DNA of 32,000 bases. Origin: Corynebacterium glutamicum ATCC 13032 (GTDB taxonomy: Bacteria > Actinomycetota > Actinomycetes > Mycobacteriales > Mycobacteriaceae). The notes beneath the pieces were generated by a model. It did no database searches and was not told the origin of the DNA. It was given only the letters and a program-made list of their open reading frames with translations. Of the stretch, positions 1 through 9,323 are shown in pieces (position 1 is the stretch's first letter; every line of letters begins with the position of its first letter). The position numbers were made by a program, and so were the translations under genes. Location of the stretch: NCBI RefSeq assembly GCF_000011325.1, contig NC_003450.3, positions 840,001-872,000 of the forward strand. The letters are read 5' to 3'.

Positions 1-363
1 CGAGGGTGAGAGTACTCAAACCTCACAGGTGTCAGCGTATGTTAGGGATGTTCAGGGGTTGAGGACAGATCAAATCTATGTAGGTACCCTTGAAAGCTCA
101 CGAATAGTTGACGAGAGTACTTTTCTTCATTGTCGCAAGTAGCGTGTGGATCACTGCTGACGTTGAAGGTCAGGTTGGATTGACGCGTGCAAGTGACGGA
201 GCGATCTCAATCGTGGTCCAACCATGTGGCCTTGAGATAGACATGGTTGCGATTAAAGGACTTCTCATCTTGCAGACTATTGAGGATTTTCACCAGTGCA
301 GCACACCCTTGTTGATGAGAGTAGCGATGTAGTTTAGTGTCGCGTAAGTCTTTTTCAATCCTG

Positions 364-406
364 AAAACAACACCCCGTACTGAATTTATGCAGTACGGGG
401 TGTTGT
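364..406 (-). terminator. Rho-independent terminator-like hairpin downstream of the 434..745 ORF
   Basis: 16-bp perfect inverted repeat acaacaccccgtactg / cagtacggggtgttgt (367-382 and 391-406). On the minus strand it is followed by TTTTC. Confidence 0.5.
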
Positions 407-433
407 CTGCGTGAATACCGATTTGTGTCATAT

Positions 434-745
434 CTAGAGCACTATGCGTGGAGGGCGGATCGCTAAGCCTCGTTCAACATATGCATAGGACAACGGTTGA
501 TAGCCGTTGTCCGTATGGAATCCACCGTTGAAAATGTATTCCATAAAAATTGTGCCTTCATTACTGAGAAAATCCGTATCGCGATTGAGTATCTCGTTGA
601 CCATGTCGATTGAGTCTTTAGTTGAAAAAATCTCTGCGAGCTGTTCAAGCTGATCGTAATGAGGTACAACCCTACCGTTGTTGATCTCCTTAAATTGCTC
701 GCGGATCATGATCTCTTGTCGAGGAGTGGTGCACATATCAATCAT
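434..745 (-). CDS. Hypothetical protein (103 aa), orphan ORF in an AT-rich region
   Basis: ORF followed by the hairpin terminator above. I recognise no family. The reading frame stays open about 43 codons upstream (to 874) without an ATG/GTG/TTG, so this could be the 3' remnant of a longer gene. Confidence 0.35.
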   Translation of the reverse strand: MIDMCTTPRQEIMIREQFKEINNGRVVPHYDQLEQLAEIFSTKDSIDMVNEILNRDTDFLSNEGTIFMEYIFNGGFHTDNGYQPLSYAYVERGLAIRPPRIVL

Positions 746-1513
746 GTCTTGGAGGTCGCGCTCGTTGAGTGTCGTCGGTTGCTGTAGTTCTTGTTCCGGC
801 TTTGGTGCTGACGATGTAGCTATGTGTGTAGCTTCTGTGCGTCTTTTTTTCAGCTCTGCGTTCTTTCCAGTTATTTATAGATCTAGGAATCACTACTTCA
901 AACAGGTGATTGACGCCCTTTTAGGTTAATTGATTTAGTGACGTCACCTATTACTGAAGTCGCAAATGAATTGAGTTTTGATGGGCTTTTAACTAGACGC
1001 GGTTCTTTTACTAGCTCTTCCAGCGTTCCATTTTGGTGTCGCACGCCCCAGAACTTAAGGAATCGTTAGTGACTTTGTTGCCGTTTTTTTGGTGATTTTT
1101 GAGACGTAACCTTCAATCTTTTGAAGATTCGAATTATTTTCGAGAGGCATGCATAAAAAATATATCGTATTGTCGATATTATTGGGATGTTCAGACATAT
1201 TCGGAGCCGAAATATACGTTGGAGGCCAAGACTCGGATTGGCGGGGTCGGTTTTGGTCAGATATGACAGTCAGCCTGCAATTACTATCTGGAACTCTAGA
1301 ATCAGGGTCCTCTCAGGATCGTATATAAGAGGCTGAAATGCTTCAATTATACCTCTCTGAGAAATTTGATCCTTATAAAACGGCTCCTGTGCTCTTTGTA
1401 CTTTCTGGGTAGTGGGGTTGAGGAAAATTCGACCAGGTGGCCGAAAGATCCACCCCACCCCAGACGTCGGTCAAATAGGACGGTATCCGGAAAACCAAGC
1501 AAAACCCGGGAGT

Positions 1514-2296
1514 CTATTTTAAACGATCCAGCGTCTCATCGTGCAGGATGCCGTTGGTGGCTACTGCATCGCCACCGTGTGGTCCATCGACGCCAGCCAG
1601 TGAGGTGAACTTTCCTCCGGCTTCGGTGACCAGGATGGACAGGGGAGCAAGATCCCAGAGGCTGACTTCTGGTTCAGCGGCGATATCGACGGCACCTTCG
1701 GCGACGAGGCAGTAGGAGAAGAAGTCGCCGTAGCCGCGGAGTCGCCAGGTGGTATCAGTTAGGGAGACGAACTGATCGCGCAAATCTCGTTCGGCCCAGC
1801 CGGAGAGGGAGGAGAAGGAGAGGGAGGCGTCGTCAAGCTTGGACACCTGGGACACGGACAGTTTGCGTGGGGAGCTGCCGTTGAAGGTGCGCCATGCGCC
1901 GGCCCCTTCGGATGCCCACCAACGCCTAGCCAGTGCGGGTGCGGAGATGACACCTGCGACGGGTTTGCCGTTGTCGAGCAGCGCGATCAGGGTTGCCCAT
2001 ACGGGGACGCCGCGGACGTAGTTTTTGGTGCCGTCGATGGGGTCGATGATCCACTGGCGGCCGCTGAATTCTACGTCGCCACCGAATTCTTCACCGAGGA
2101 TGGAGTCGGCGGGGCGGGCGGTGGCGATTTTCTCACGGAGTGCTTCTTCGGTCGCCAGGTCGGCATCGCTGACGGGAGTCATGTCTGGCTTGGAGGATAC
2201 TTCCAGGTCAGAGGCTTCGAAGCGGTCGAGGGTGATGGAATCGGCAAGTTCGGCAAGTTCGAGGGCTAAGGCTAAATCGTCTGCATATTTGCTCAT
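1514..2296 (-). CDS. hisN: Histidinol-phosphate phosphatase, inositol monophosphatase family (HisN type)
   Basis: 260 aa with IMPase motifs ([18 protein letters not shown]). The N-terminus [15 protein letters not shown] matches the actinobacterial HisN that I recognise. It lies 6 nt downstream of a paralogous IMPase gene. Confidence 0.8.
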
Positions 2297-2302
2297 GTGT
2301 TG

Positions 2303-3178
2303 TTAGTCTAGTGCGCTTAAAGTTTCGGAGATCTCACTAACTGCTTCCGCGTTTCCTGCAACGGACCATTCGACGCCGCCGGCGGTCACTTTGATGCATG
2401 CTCCGCCGACGCCTTCGATGAGTGCGCGGCCGGGTAGCCAGTCCCAATCTGCGACGCTGTGCTGCACCCATGCGCCGATGCTGCCGTCGGCGATGTTGGC
2501 CAAATCGATGGAGCCGGCGCCGAACATGCGCAGCGTTGCAGGGTGGGTGGCAACGCTCATCCACGCCTTTTGAATATCAGGTTCCGCGATGCGTGACGGG
2601 TGGATGTAGGTGGCCAGGGAGATTTGATTGAGGGGGGCGTCGACAAGCAAATCTAGCTCCTTGCCGTCGAGCGTGGTGCGGATTCCCGGGCCACCGAACC
2701 ACGTATAACCCATGGCTGGGCGGTGTACGGCGCCGAAAAGCACGCGCGATGGCGCGGATGGATCGCCCTCGACCAGCGCGAGCGCCGAGCACCAATAATC
2801 TGAGCCCTGGGTGAAGTTGTAGGTGCCATCAACCGGGTCGATGACCCAGGTTTTTCCGCTTTTCGACGCCCGGTCCGCGCCTTCCTCGCCAAGCACGCCG
2901 TCCTCAGGCCGCAACGCTTCAAGAACGCCTGCGACGAAGGCCTCGGCCGCACGATCGGCATCCGTGACCACATCAGACACAGAAGTCTTGTAATCCGTAT
3001 CCACACCGTTTTCGCGCATGCGCCATGCCAAACGTCCAGCGTTGTACACCAGTGCCTGCGCAAGATGCTCATCAGAATCCTGATCGTGAGCAATCACGAA
3101 GGTCTTTGTGATGGTTTTGATCATGTCTTCGAGGCTTGCAGCGGGATGTGTCTGCTCTGGATTAGTCATGCCTTCCAT
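2303..3178 (-). CDS. Inositol monophosphatase family protein (SuhB/ImpA-like)
   Basis: 291-aa ORF with IMPase motifs (GEEG, WVIDPVDGTYNF, WDW near the C-terminus). An alternative ATG at 3169 (MTNPEQ...) is also possible. Confidence 0.8.
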   Translation of the reverse strand: MEGMTNPEQTHPAASLEDMIKTITKTFVIAHDQDSDEHLAQALVYNAGRLAWRMRENGVDTDYKTSVSDVVTDADRAAEAFVAGVLEALRPEDGVLGEEGADRASKSGKTWVIDPVDGTYNFTQGSDYWCSALALVEGDPSAPSRVLFGAVHRPAMGYTWFGGPGIRTTLDGKELDLLVDAPLNQISLATYIHPSRIAEPDIQKAWMSVATHPATLRMFGAGSIDLANIADGSIGAWVQHSVADWDWLPGRALIEGVGGACIKVTAGGVEWSVAGNAEAVSEISETLSALD

Positions 3179-3256
3179 TGTGCATGCCGTCGGCCAAGTG
3201 TGCTGAATAAGGTGGCGTTCTAAGAATCACAATCGGTGCGGGTAATATGTGCAATC

Positions 3257-4363
3257 ATGCGTCCCGAATTTTCTGCAGAACTCTCCGAGCTAGACAGCAC
3301 GCTGACAACCATTGAAAAAGTGCTGAACCCGCAAGAGATGTCTGACCGAGTCAGAGAACTTGAAGCTCAAGCAGCTGACCCGTCTCTGTGGGATGACCCT
3401 GACCATGCACAGCAAGTCACCTCTGAGCTGTCCCACGTCCAGGCGGAGCTGCGCAAAATTACCGATCTGCGCCAGCGCATCGAAGATCTGCCCATCATGG
3501 TGGAACTCGCAGAGGAAGAAGACGGCGATACCTCCATCGCGGAAGAAGAACTCGCCGATCTGCGTTCTCTGATCGATGCGTTGGAAGTAAAGACCATGCT
3601 GTCGGGTGAATATGATGCTCGCGAGGCAGTGATCAATATTCGATCCGGTGCCGGTGGTGTCGATGCTGCGGACTGGGCTGAAATGCTCATGCGCATGTAC
3701 ACCCGCTGGGCGGAAAAGAACGGCCACAAAGTAGATATTTACGATATTTCCTACGCCGAAGAAGCCGGCATCAAATCCGCCACCTTCGTGGTCCACGGCG
3801 ACTACATGTACGGCCAGCTCTCCGTGGAGCAAGGCGCACACCGCCTCGTGCGCATCAGTCCTTTTGATAACCAGGGCAGGCGCCAAACCTCCTTCGCCGA
3901 GGTAGAAGTTCTTCCCGTGGTGGAAAAAGTGGACTCCATCGACATCCCTGATGCCGATGTTCGCGTCGATGTCTACCGCTCCTCCGGCCCAGGTGGTCAG
4001 TCCGTGAACACCACCGACTCTGCCGTGCGCCTGACCCACATCCCAACCGGCATCGTGGTGACCTGCCAAAACGAGAAATCACAGATCCAAAACAAGGCAT
4101 CCGCGATGCGTGTTCTCCAGGCAAAACTGCTTGAGCGTAAACGCCAGGAAGAACGCGCCGAAATGGATGCCCTCGGAGCTGGAGGCAATGCATCCTGGGG
4201 TAACCAAATGCGTTCCTACGTGCTGCACCCTTATCAAATGGTGAAGGATCTGCGCACCAACTTTGAAGTCAACGATCCGCAAAAAGTCCTTGACGGCGAT
4301 ATCGATGGCCTTTTGGAAGCAGGTATTCGCTGGCGAATGGCTGAGAGCCAGTCGGCGGAATAA
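3257..4363 (+). CDS. prfB: Peptide chain release factor 2
   Basis: SPF tripeptide (RISPFD) and GGQ motif (SGPGGQSVN). I chose the ATG at 3257 ([13 protein letters not shown]...) over the upstream GTG at 3236. It is a single continuous ORF with no in-frame UGA frameshift site. Confidence 0.9.
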   Translation: MRPEFSAELSELDSTLTTIEKVLNPQEMSDRVRELEAQAADPSLWDDPDHAQQVTSELSHVQAELRKITDLRQRIEDLPIMVELAEEEDGDTSIAEEELADLRSLIDALEVKTMLSGEYDAREAVINIRSGAGGVDAADWAEMLMRMYTRWAEKNGHKVDIYDISYAEEAGIKSATFVVHGDYMYGQLSVEQGAHRLVRISPFDNQGRRQTSFAEVEVLPVVEKVDSIDIPDADVRVDVYRSSGPGGQSVNTTDSAVRLTHIPTGIVVTCQNEKSQIQNKASAMRVLQAKLLERKRQEERAEMDALGAGGNASWGNQMRSYVLHPYQMVKDLRTNFEVNDPQKVLDGDIDGLLEAGIRWRMAESQSAE

Positions 4364-4494
4364 AGGTTGGTTTTCTGGCAGAATCTGGCGATTTCTTAAG
4401 AATTACCGGTTATTTGTCGTTGAGTTCTCCTCTGAGCACTCAGGGTAGTCACTTCCGTTTCTTTAGCCACAGGAGTTTCGCTAAAGTGTGACCC

Positions 4495-5184
4495 GTGATC
4501 ACCTTCGAGAACGTCACCAAGAACTACAAGACATCAACCCGCCCTGCATTAGACAATGTGTCCCTACACATTGAAAAAGGCGAGTTCGTGTTCCTCATCG
4601 GCCCATCCGGCTCCGGAAAATCAACCTTCCTGCGCCTGATGACGCGGGAGGAAAACGTCAGCTCCGGATCGCTGACACTGGCTGATTTTCAGGTGAACAA
4701 ACTTCGCGGCACGCAAGTAAACAAACTGCGCCAACGCATCGGATATGTGTTCCAAGATTTCCGACTCTTAAAAAACAAGAATGTCTACGACAACGTCGCA
4801 TTCGCATTGGAGGTCATCGGGAAGAAGAAGGACAAGATTCAAGAACTTGTCCCCGAAACTCTGGAAATGGTTGGCCTTGCCGGAAAAGCCAACCGCATGC
4901 CCAACGAACTATCCGGTGGTGAGCAGCAGCGCGTGGCCATCGCCCGAGCTTTCGTGAACCGCCCACTCGTCTTGCTTGCTGATGAACCAACCGGCAACCT
5001 CGACCCCGATACCTCCGATGAGATCATGATTTTGCTCAACCGCATCAATCGCCTCGGCACCACGGTGGTCATGTCCACCCACAACGCCCGAACTGTCGAC
5101 GACATGCGCAGGCGAGTAATCGAACTGCAATTGGGCAAACTAGTCCGCGATGATGCCCACGGCGTCTACGGCGAAATGCGATAG
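4495..5184 (+). CDS. ftsE: Cell division ATP-binding protein FtsE
   Basis: Walker [10 protein letters not shown], signature LSGGEQQR, Walker B LLADEPT. N-terminus [14 protein letters not shown] start. Immediately followed by ftsX. Confidence 0.9.
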   Translation: MITFENVTKNYKTSTRPALDNVSLHIEKGEFVFLIGPSGSGKSTFLRLMTREENVSSGSLTLADFQVNKLRGTQVNKLRQRIGYVFQDFRLLKNKNVYDNVAFALEVIGKKKDKIQELVPETLEMVGLAGKANRMPNELSGGEQQRVAIARAFVNRPLVLLADEPTGNLDPDTSDEIMILLNRINRLGTTVVMSTHNARTVDDMRRRVIELQLGKLVRDDAHGVYGEMR

Positions 5185-5197
5185 GGGAGTACTTCAC

Positions 5198-6100
5198 ATG
5201 GCTTTTGGATATGTACTGCGTGAAGCTGTTCGCGGCATGGGCCGCAACGTCACCATGACCATCGCGCTCATCATCACCACCTCTATTTCCTTGGCACTTC
5301 TTGCCACTGGATTTTTGGTGACCAACATGACCGACCGCACCAAGGACATCTACCTGGATCGCGTCGAAGTGATGATCCAACTCGATGAGGACACCTCTGC
5401 CAACGATCCCGAATGCACCGCGGAGTCCTGCACCGAAGTTCGTGATGTCTTAGAAGGACTCGACGGCATCGATTCCATCACCTACCGTTCCCGCGAGGCC
5501 TCCTACGAACGATTCGTAGAAGTTTTCAAAGATACTGACCCAGTTCTCGTCGCTGAAACCTCTCCCGACGCATTGCCAGCAGCGTTCCACGTCCGACTTG
5601 AAGATCCACTTGCCGTTGAGATTCTCGATCCGGTCCGCGATCTTCCTCAAGTAAGCAACGTGATCGACCAGGTGGATGATCTGCGCGGAGCAACCGAAAA
5701 CCTTGACTCCATCCGCAACGCCACCTTCCTCATCGCGGCTGTGCAAGTTTTGGCATCGATCTTCCTGATTGCCAACATGGTGCAAATCGCTGCATTCAAT
5801 CGTCGTGAAGAAACTGAAATCATGCGCATCGTCGGCGCATCGCGGTTCTACACTCAGGGACCATTCGTCTTCGAAGCGATTCTATCCACCCTCATTGGTG
5901 CGGTTTTCGCCGTCGGCGCGCTCTTCTTGGGTAAAGAACTCGTCATTGATAAAGCACTCCGCGGACTCTACGATTCCCAGCTCATCGCACCAGTTACCAC
6001 CACAGATATTTGGCTGGTCGCACCGATAATTTCCGGCATTGGCGTGGTGATCGCCGGCATTATCGCACAACTCACCCTGCGCTTCTACGTGAGGAAATAA
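5198..6100 (+). CDS. ftsX: Cell division permease-like protein FtsX
   Basis: Typical FtsX N-terminus (MAFGYVLREAVRGMGRN), a large extracytoplasmic loop and three C-terminal TM helices. The ATG at 5198 is preceded by AGGGGAG (5183-5189); the longer ORF from 5150 would overlap ftsE. Confidence 0.85.
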   Translation: MAFGYVLREAVRGMGRNVTMTIALIITTSISLALLATGFLVTNMTDRTKDIYLDRVEVMIQLDEDTSANDPECTAESCTEVRDVLEGLDGIDSITYRSREASYERFVEVFKDTDPVLVAETSPDALPAAFHVRLEDPLAVEILDPVRDLPQVSNVIDQVDDLRGATENLDSIRNATFLIAAVQVLASIFLIANMVQIAAFNRREETEIMRIVGASRFYTQGPFVFEAILSTLIGAVFAVGALFLGKELVIDKALRGLYDSQLIAPVTTTDIWLVAPIISGIGVVIAGIIAQLTLRFYVRK

Positions 6101-6136
6101 GACTATTGAACTCCTTGCCGTAGACTTAGAAAGACT

Positions 6137-6631
6137 ATGGCCAAGAAGAAAAAGAAAGTCGACGAAAACAACTCAGTTCTCGCGACCAATCGCAAGGCCC
6201 GCCATGACTACCACATCATTGATACGTGGGAGGCGGGCGTGGTGCTCTTAGGCACCGAAATCAAATCACTGCGCGAAGGTAAGGTATCCCTCGTGGATTC
6301 CTTTGCCACCATTGATAACGGAGAAATCTGGCTTCAGCATCTCCACATCCCGCAGTATTCCATGGGCTCCTGGACAAACCACACGCCCAAGCGCACCCGC
6401 AAACTTTTGCTGCACCGCAACGAGATTGATTCCCTGATGGGTAAAGTCCGCGACGGCAACCGCACGTTGGTTCCGCTCAAGCTTTACCTCAAAAACGGTC
6501 GCGTCAAACTCGAACTCGGACTCGCACAAGGTAAGCAGGATTACGACAAGCGCCAAGATATCAAGCGTCGCACCGAAGAACGCGAAGTCACCCGTGAGCT
6601 CGGCCGTCGCATTAAGGGAATCAACGCGTAA
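6137..6631 (+). CDS. smpB: SsrA-binding protein SmpB
   Basis: 164 aa with conserved NRKARHDY and GTEIKSLR motifs and a basic C-terminal tail. The tmRNA gene lies about 440 nt downstream. Confidence 0.9.
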   Translation: MAKKKKKVDENNSVLATNRKARHDYHIIDTWEAGVVLLGTEIKSLREGKVSLVDSFATIDNGEIWLQHLHIPQYSMGSWTNHTPKRTRKLLLHRNEIDSLMGKVRDGNRTLVPLKLYLKNGRVKLELGLAQGKQDYDKRQDIKRRTEEREVTRELGRRIKGINA

Positions 6632-6985
6632 ATGAGTATTCACATCGCAAAAGTCCACGACGTCCTCAAAGGTGAAAAAACCTACGGAACCACCATTTTG
6701 GTGGATCGGCTCTGGCCACGCGGTGTGAAAAAAGACGACCTTGAGCCAGACCTCTGGCTCAAAAGCGTCGCCCCCACAACCGAACTCCGAAAATGGTTCG
6801 GCCACGACCCAGCTAAATTCTCCGAATTCAGCACCCGTTACACCGAAGAGCTCAACGCCAGCAACGACAAAGACCTAGAGACGCTTGTCGACGCCACCTC
6901 CCGCCACCCCGTAACCCTCCTCTACGGTGCTGCCGACCGCGACCACAACCACGCCATTGTTCTAGCCAAGTGGCTAAAGAAATAA
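6632..6985 (+). CDS. DUF488-family protein
   Basis: 117 aa with ILVDRLWPRGVKK ... LRKWFGHDP, the signature I associate with DUF488. Its ATG directly abuts the smpB stop (TAAATG), suggesting translational coupling. Confidence 0.6.
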   Translation: MSIHIAKVHDVLKGEKTYGTTILVDRLWPRGVKKDDLEPDLWLKSVAPTTELRKWFGHDPAKFSEFSTRYTEELNASNDKDLETLVDATSRHPVTLLYGAADRDHNHAIVLAKWLKK

Positions 6986-6989
6986 CTCC

Positions 6990-7019
6990 TTGCAAATAGT
7001 TGCAAACTTAAGTTATGAT
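6990..7019 (+). promoter_or_regulatory. Candidate sigma-A promoter for ssrA
   Basis: TTGCAA (6990-6995), an 18-nt spacer, then TATGAT (7014-7019), about 55 nt upstream of the mature tmRNA 5' end. Confidence 0.35.
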
Positions 7020-7073
7020 GAACCATCTTGTGGAACTCGCACGAGCCCACCACAGGAATCAGTAAGAATCAAT

Positions 7074-7449
7074 GGGGCTGACATGGTTTCGACTACGTTG
7101 ATTTAGCCAGGGGAAGCGTGCCGGTGAAGGCTGGAGACCACCGTAAGCGTCGCAGCAAACCAATAAGCGCCGAGAAGTCTCAGCGCGACTACGCCCTCGC
7201 TGCATAAGCAAGCGACCGCGTGTCTGTCAGCCTAGGGAAGTCCCTGACCTAGATCCTGGCATCGACTAAGGGACTTGCTGTTCAATCGCGTCAGCGGGGT
7301 TGAACAGGACTTTTACCGTTGACTGGGCTCATCATCCGGAAGTGTTCGTCCTAGCCGGAGGGCCAAGCAGAGATCTTTGCGCGAACTGCGCACGGAGAAG
7401 CCCTGGCGAGGTGACGTAGGACCCGGGTTCAATTCCCGGCAGCTCCACC
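7074..7449 (+). ncRNA. ssrA: tmRNA (SsrA)
   Basis: 5' GGGGCTGACATGGTTTCGAC and 3' GGGTTCAATTCCCGGCAGCTCCACC form a tRNA-Ala-like acceptor with G3:U. The tag ORF at 7169-7207 encodes AEKSQRDYALAA-stop. The terminal A of CCA is not encoded. Confidence 0.9.
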
Positions 7450-7460
7450 GAAACGAAGTT

Positions 7461-7495
7461 CCCCACACCATCTGGTGTGGGGTTTCTTTGTTTTT
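7461..7495 (+). terminator. Rho-independent terminator of ssrA
   Basis: ccccacacc / ggtgtgggg stem with a 4-nt loop, followed by TTTCTTTGTTTTT. Confidence 0.7.
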
Positions 7496-7726
7496 CACTC
7501 TCATAAAAGGGGAAAATGTCTTCCTATGCGTACATTCGCCAGCAAGATTTGGTCAAAATCAGGATATCTTGTGGTCTAATGCACCATGGGGTAGAAGGAA
7601 AGGCGGGTAAGAGATTGCGCGGATAGGAAGATACAGGGGGCCACGGTGGGGTGGTGAACAAGAGCAGGCACGAGGCCTGGTAGATACGGATTCGACCAAG
7701 AAAACGTACACCACTCAGGAGCACTC

Positions 7727-8115
7727 GTGCTTGCCCTTCCATCCTCTATCATCGACCCCCTCTGGTGCCAGTTCGCCGCGCTGATCCCACCCGTGACCGA
7801 CACCCACCCACTTCGGTGCCACCGCCCACGCATCCCGGACCGGATCATCTTCGACAAGCTCATCCAGGTCCTCGTCCTCGGCGCCTCCTATGCCAAGATC
7901 GCCGACACGACATGCTCGGCCACCACCTTGCGCACCCGCCGGGACGAGTGGATCACCGCTGGCATCTTCGAGCAGCTGGAACAGATCTGTTTGGAATTCT
8001 ACGACCGTATCGTCGGACTCGATCTCTAAGTTCGGATTGGCTCGAATTGTCGCATTGTGCGCCGACTGAAGCGCCCTGTCTATCCCTACCTGGTGCCGAA
8101 AAAGTTGCTCGGTGA
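7727..8115 (+). pseudogene. IS5-family (DUF4096-type N-terminus) transposase, frameshifted and 3'-truncated
   Basis: The 100-aa ORF (LPSSIIDPLWCQFAALIPP...HPLRCHRPRIPDRIIFDKLIQVLVLGASYAKIAD...RTRRDEWITAGIFEQL...YDRIVGLDL) matches the N-terminal region of IS5/IS427-group transposases that I recognise. Similarity continues in another frame (…TEAPC…) to about 8115 and then stops. No DDE domain is present. Confidence 0.6.
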
Positions 8116-8204
8116 GCATCAAACGGCTAGGTGTCCGTCGTAGAGACAGGTTTTCTTAGCGATTATCTTGAAGAGAATGTGGCTACTATCCATGCTAGTT
8201 GTGT

Positions 8205-8238
8205 TGCGGAGCTGTGGGAATTGAACCCGGAACCTCGG
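8205..8238 (-). other. Degenerate tRNA/tmRNA 3'-end-like fragment (T-arm plus acceptor strand), not a functional tRNA
   Basis: The minus strand reads ccgaggttccGGGTTCAATTCCCaCAGCTCCgca. Compare the tmRNA 3' end GGGTTCAATTCCCggCAGCTCCacc at 7425-7449. There is no matching 5' acceptor or anticodon arm upstream. Confidence 0.3.
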
Positions 8239-8351
8239 TTTTCCACTGGGAATTCGCCAATAATTGGTAAAAAATAATAATGGGTGTACAGTGATCATCG
8301 AAGCAAACAGCGAAAGCATGTTGTTTCAACATATGTAGCAATACATAGCGT

Positions 8352-8425
8352 CGCGGGGTGGAGCAGCTCGGTAGCTCGCTGGGCTCATAACCCAGAGGTC
8401 GTAGGTTCGAATCCTGCCCCCGCTA
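8352..8425 (+). tRNA. Initiator tRNA-Met (anticodon CAT)
   Basis: CGCGGGGTGGAGCAGCTCGGTAGCTCGCTGGGCTCATAACCCAGAGGTCGTAGGTTCGAATCCTGCCCCCGCTA. The anticodon stem has three G-C pairs (GGG/CCC) and position 1:72 is unpaired (C1 x U72). It is nearly identical in layout to E. coli tRNA-fMet. CCA is not encoded. Confidence 0.9.
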
Positions 8426-8435
8426 CTAAGATTCC

Positions 8436-8469
8436 AAAACCCTCTTCAACTTTTGTTGAAGAGGGTTTT
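8436..8469. terminator. Bidirectional rho-independent terminator between tRNA-fMet and the convergent reductase gene
   Basis: aaaaccctcttcaac / gttgaagagggtttt, a 15-bp perfect stem with a TTTT loop and A/T runs on both sides. Confidence 0.7.
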
Positions 8470-8495
8470 GGCGTTCTGGGGTCTGAATCTGAAAG

Positions 8496-9323
8496 CTAGT
8501 CTACGGTTCGTCGGCCGTATTTCCAGTAGCCGAGGAAAGTGATTCGTGAGGAATCAACTCGGTAGCTGTTGATTAGTTCTTTGCGAATGAAGCGCACCAT
8601 GCTAGTTTCACCGGCGATCCAGAAGTGTACTGAAGGATCTGCTGCATTGGCTGAAGCCCATTGGAAGACCTTTGCTTTGTAAGCGTCGATGTCTTCGAAA
8701 GTGAGCTTGGTGGAGCTATCGGCGATCAATACATCATCTTCTAGGCTGTCTACGTGGAGGAAAACCGTAGTAGGTACTTTTGATTGATTGACGATATTTG
8801 CGATCGCGGGAGCTGATGCACAATCGCCGATGAGACAGAGGCGATCGATCGCAGAAGTCGGATGATAGGTGATTCCGTAGCCGGTTTCTCCTGCGCGTAC
8901 GTCAGGGCCGGTGATGATTAGTTCATCGTCAACACTGCAGTTCTTTGCCCATCTGGATACTGGTCCCGAAGGGTTGTGAAGATAGATATCAATGTCTACT
9001 TCGCATAGTTCGGGTCGGACCGCAGATGGGGTGTAGGTGCGCAAGATCGGTCGTTGGTCCGCTGGAAAAGACTTAGCACGAGGAAGCCACGTTGTCGGTG
9101 GGGGAGTGGGTTCGTCGAGAATTCCGAAATCTGGGATGTTCCCAGCCGGGCTTGGAATGATCAGTTTGATGCGTTGGTCCAAACCCCACTGGCCAAAGAA
9201 TCGGAGCTTGTCACCAGTGACGGTGATCCGCATGAAGCCGGGACTAAGCCGTTGCTTCTGCGAGATCTGCACGGGGAAGGCACTGTATTCCCACTTGAGC
9301 TGATCGGGGAGAGCTGTGGACAT
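8496..9323 (-). CDS. Siderophore-interacting protein (FAD-binding ferric-siderophore reductase family)
   Basis: 275 aa with the RTYTP FAD-binding motif (ILRTYTPSAV) in a FAD_binding_9-like N-terminal half and a SIP-type C-terminal half. Its start overlaps the stop of the upstream binding-protein gene by 1 nt (TAATG). Confidence 0.8.
   Translation of the reverse strand: MSTALPDQLKWEYSAFPVQISQKQRLSPGFMRITVTGDKLRFFGQWGLDQRIKLIIPSPAGNIPDFGILDEPTPPPTTWLPRAKSFPADQRPILRTYTPSAVRPELCEVDIDIYLHNPSGPVSRWAKNCSVDDELIITGPDVRAGETGYGITYHPTSAIDRLCLIGDCASAPAIANIVNQSKVPTTVFLHVDSLEDDVLIADSSTKLTFEDIDAYKAKVFQWASANAADPSVHFWIAGETSMVRFIRKELINSYRVDSSRITFLGYWKYGRRTVD

Noticed and set aside
108-431. Overlapping 74-aa ORFs on both strands at the left edge
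   Set aside because: They are mutually exclusive, one runs through the terminator hairpin at 364-406, and neither has a recognisable family or RBS. The evidence is insufficient to call either.
3236-3340. Looked for the programmed +1 frameshift site (CUU UGA C, with an upstream SD-like element) typical of many bacterial prfB genes
   Set aside because: RF2 is encoded here as one uninterrupted ORF with no in-frame UGA near codon 25. As far as I recall, absence of the frameshift is normal for this lineage, so it is not an anomaly.
3290-4069. 259-aa minus-strand ORF
   Set aside because: It is fully antisense to prfB, which has unambiguous RF2 motifs. It is a shadow ORF.
7715-8122. 135-aa minus-strand ORF and 116-aa plus-strand ORF overlapping the transposase remnant
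   Set aside because: The minus-strand ORF is antisense to the recognisable transposase frame. The 116-aa ORF matters only for its last ~25 codons, which carry the frameshifted continuation of the transposase pseudogene.
8119-8319. 66-aa minus-strand ORF
   Set aside because: It spans the tRNA-like fragment and AT-rich filler, with no RBS and an implausible composition. I treat it as non-coding.
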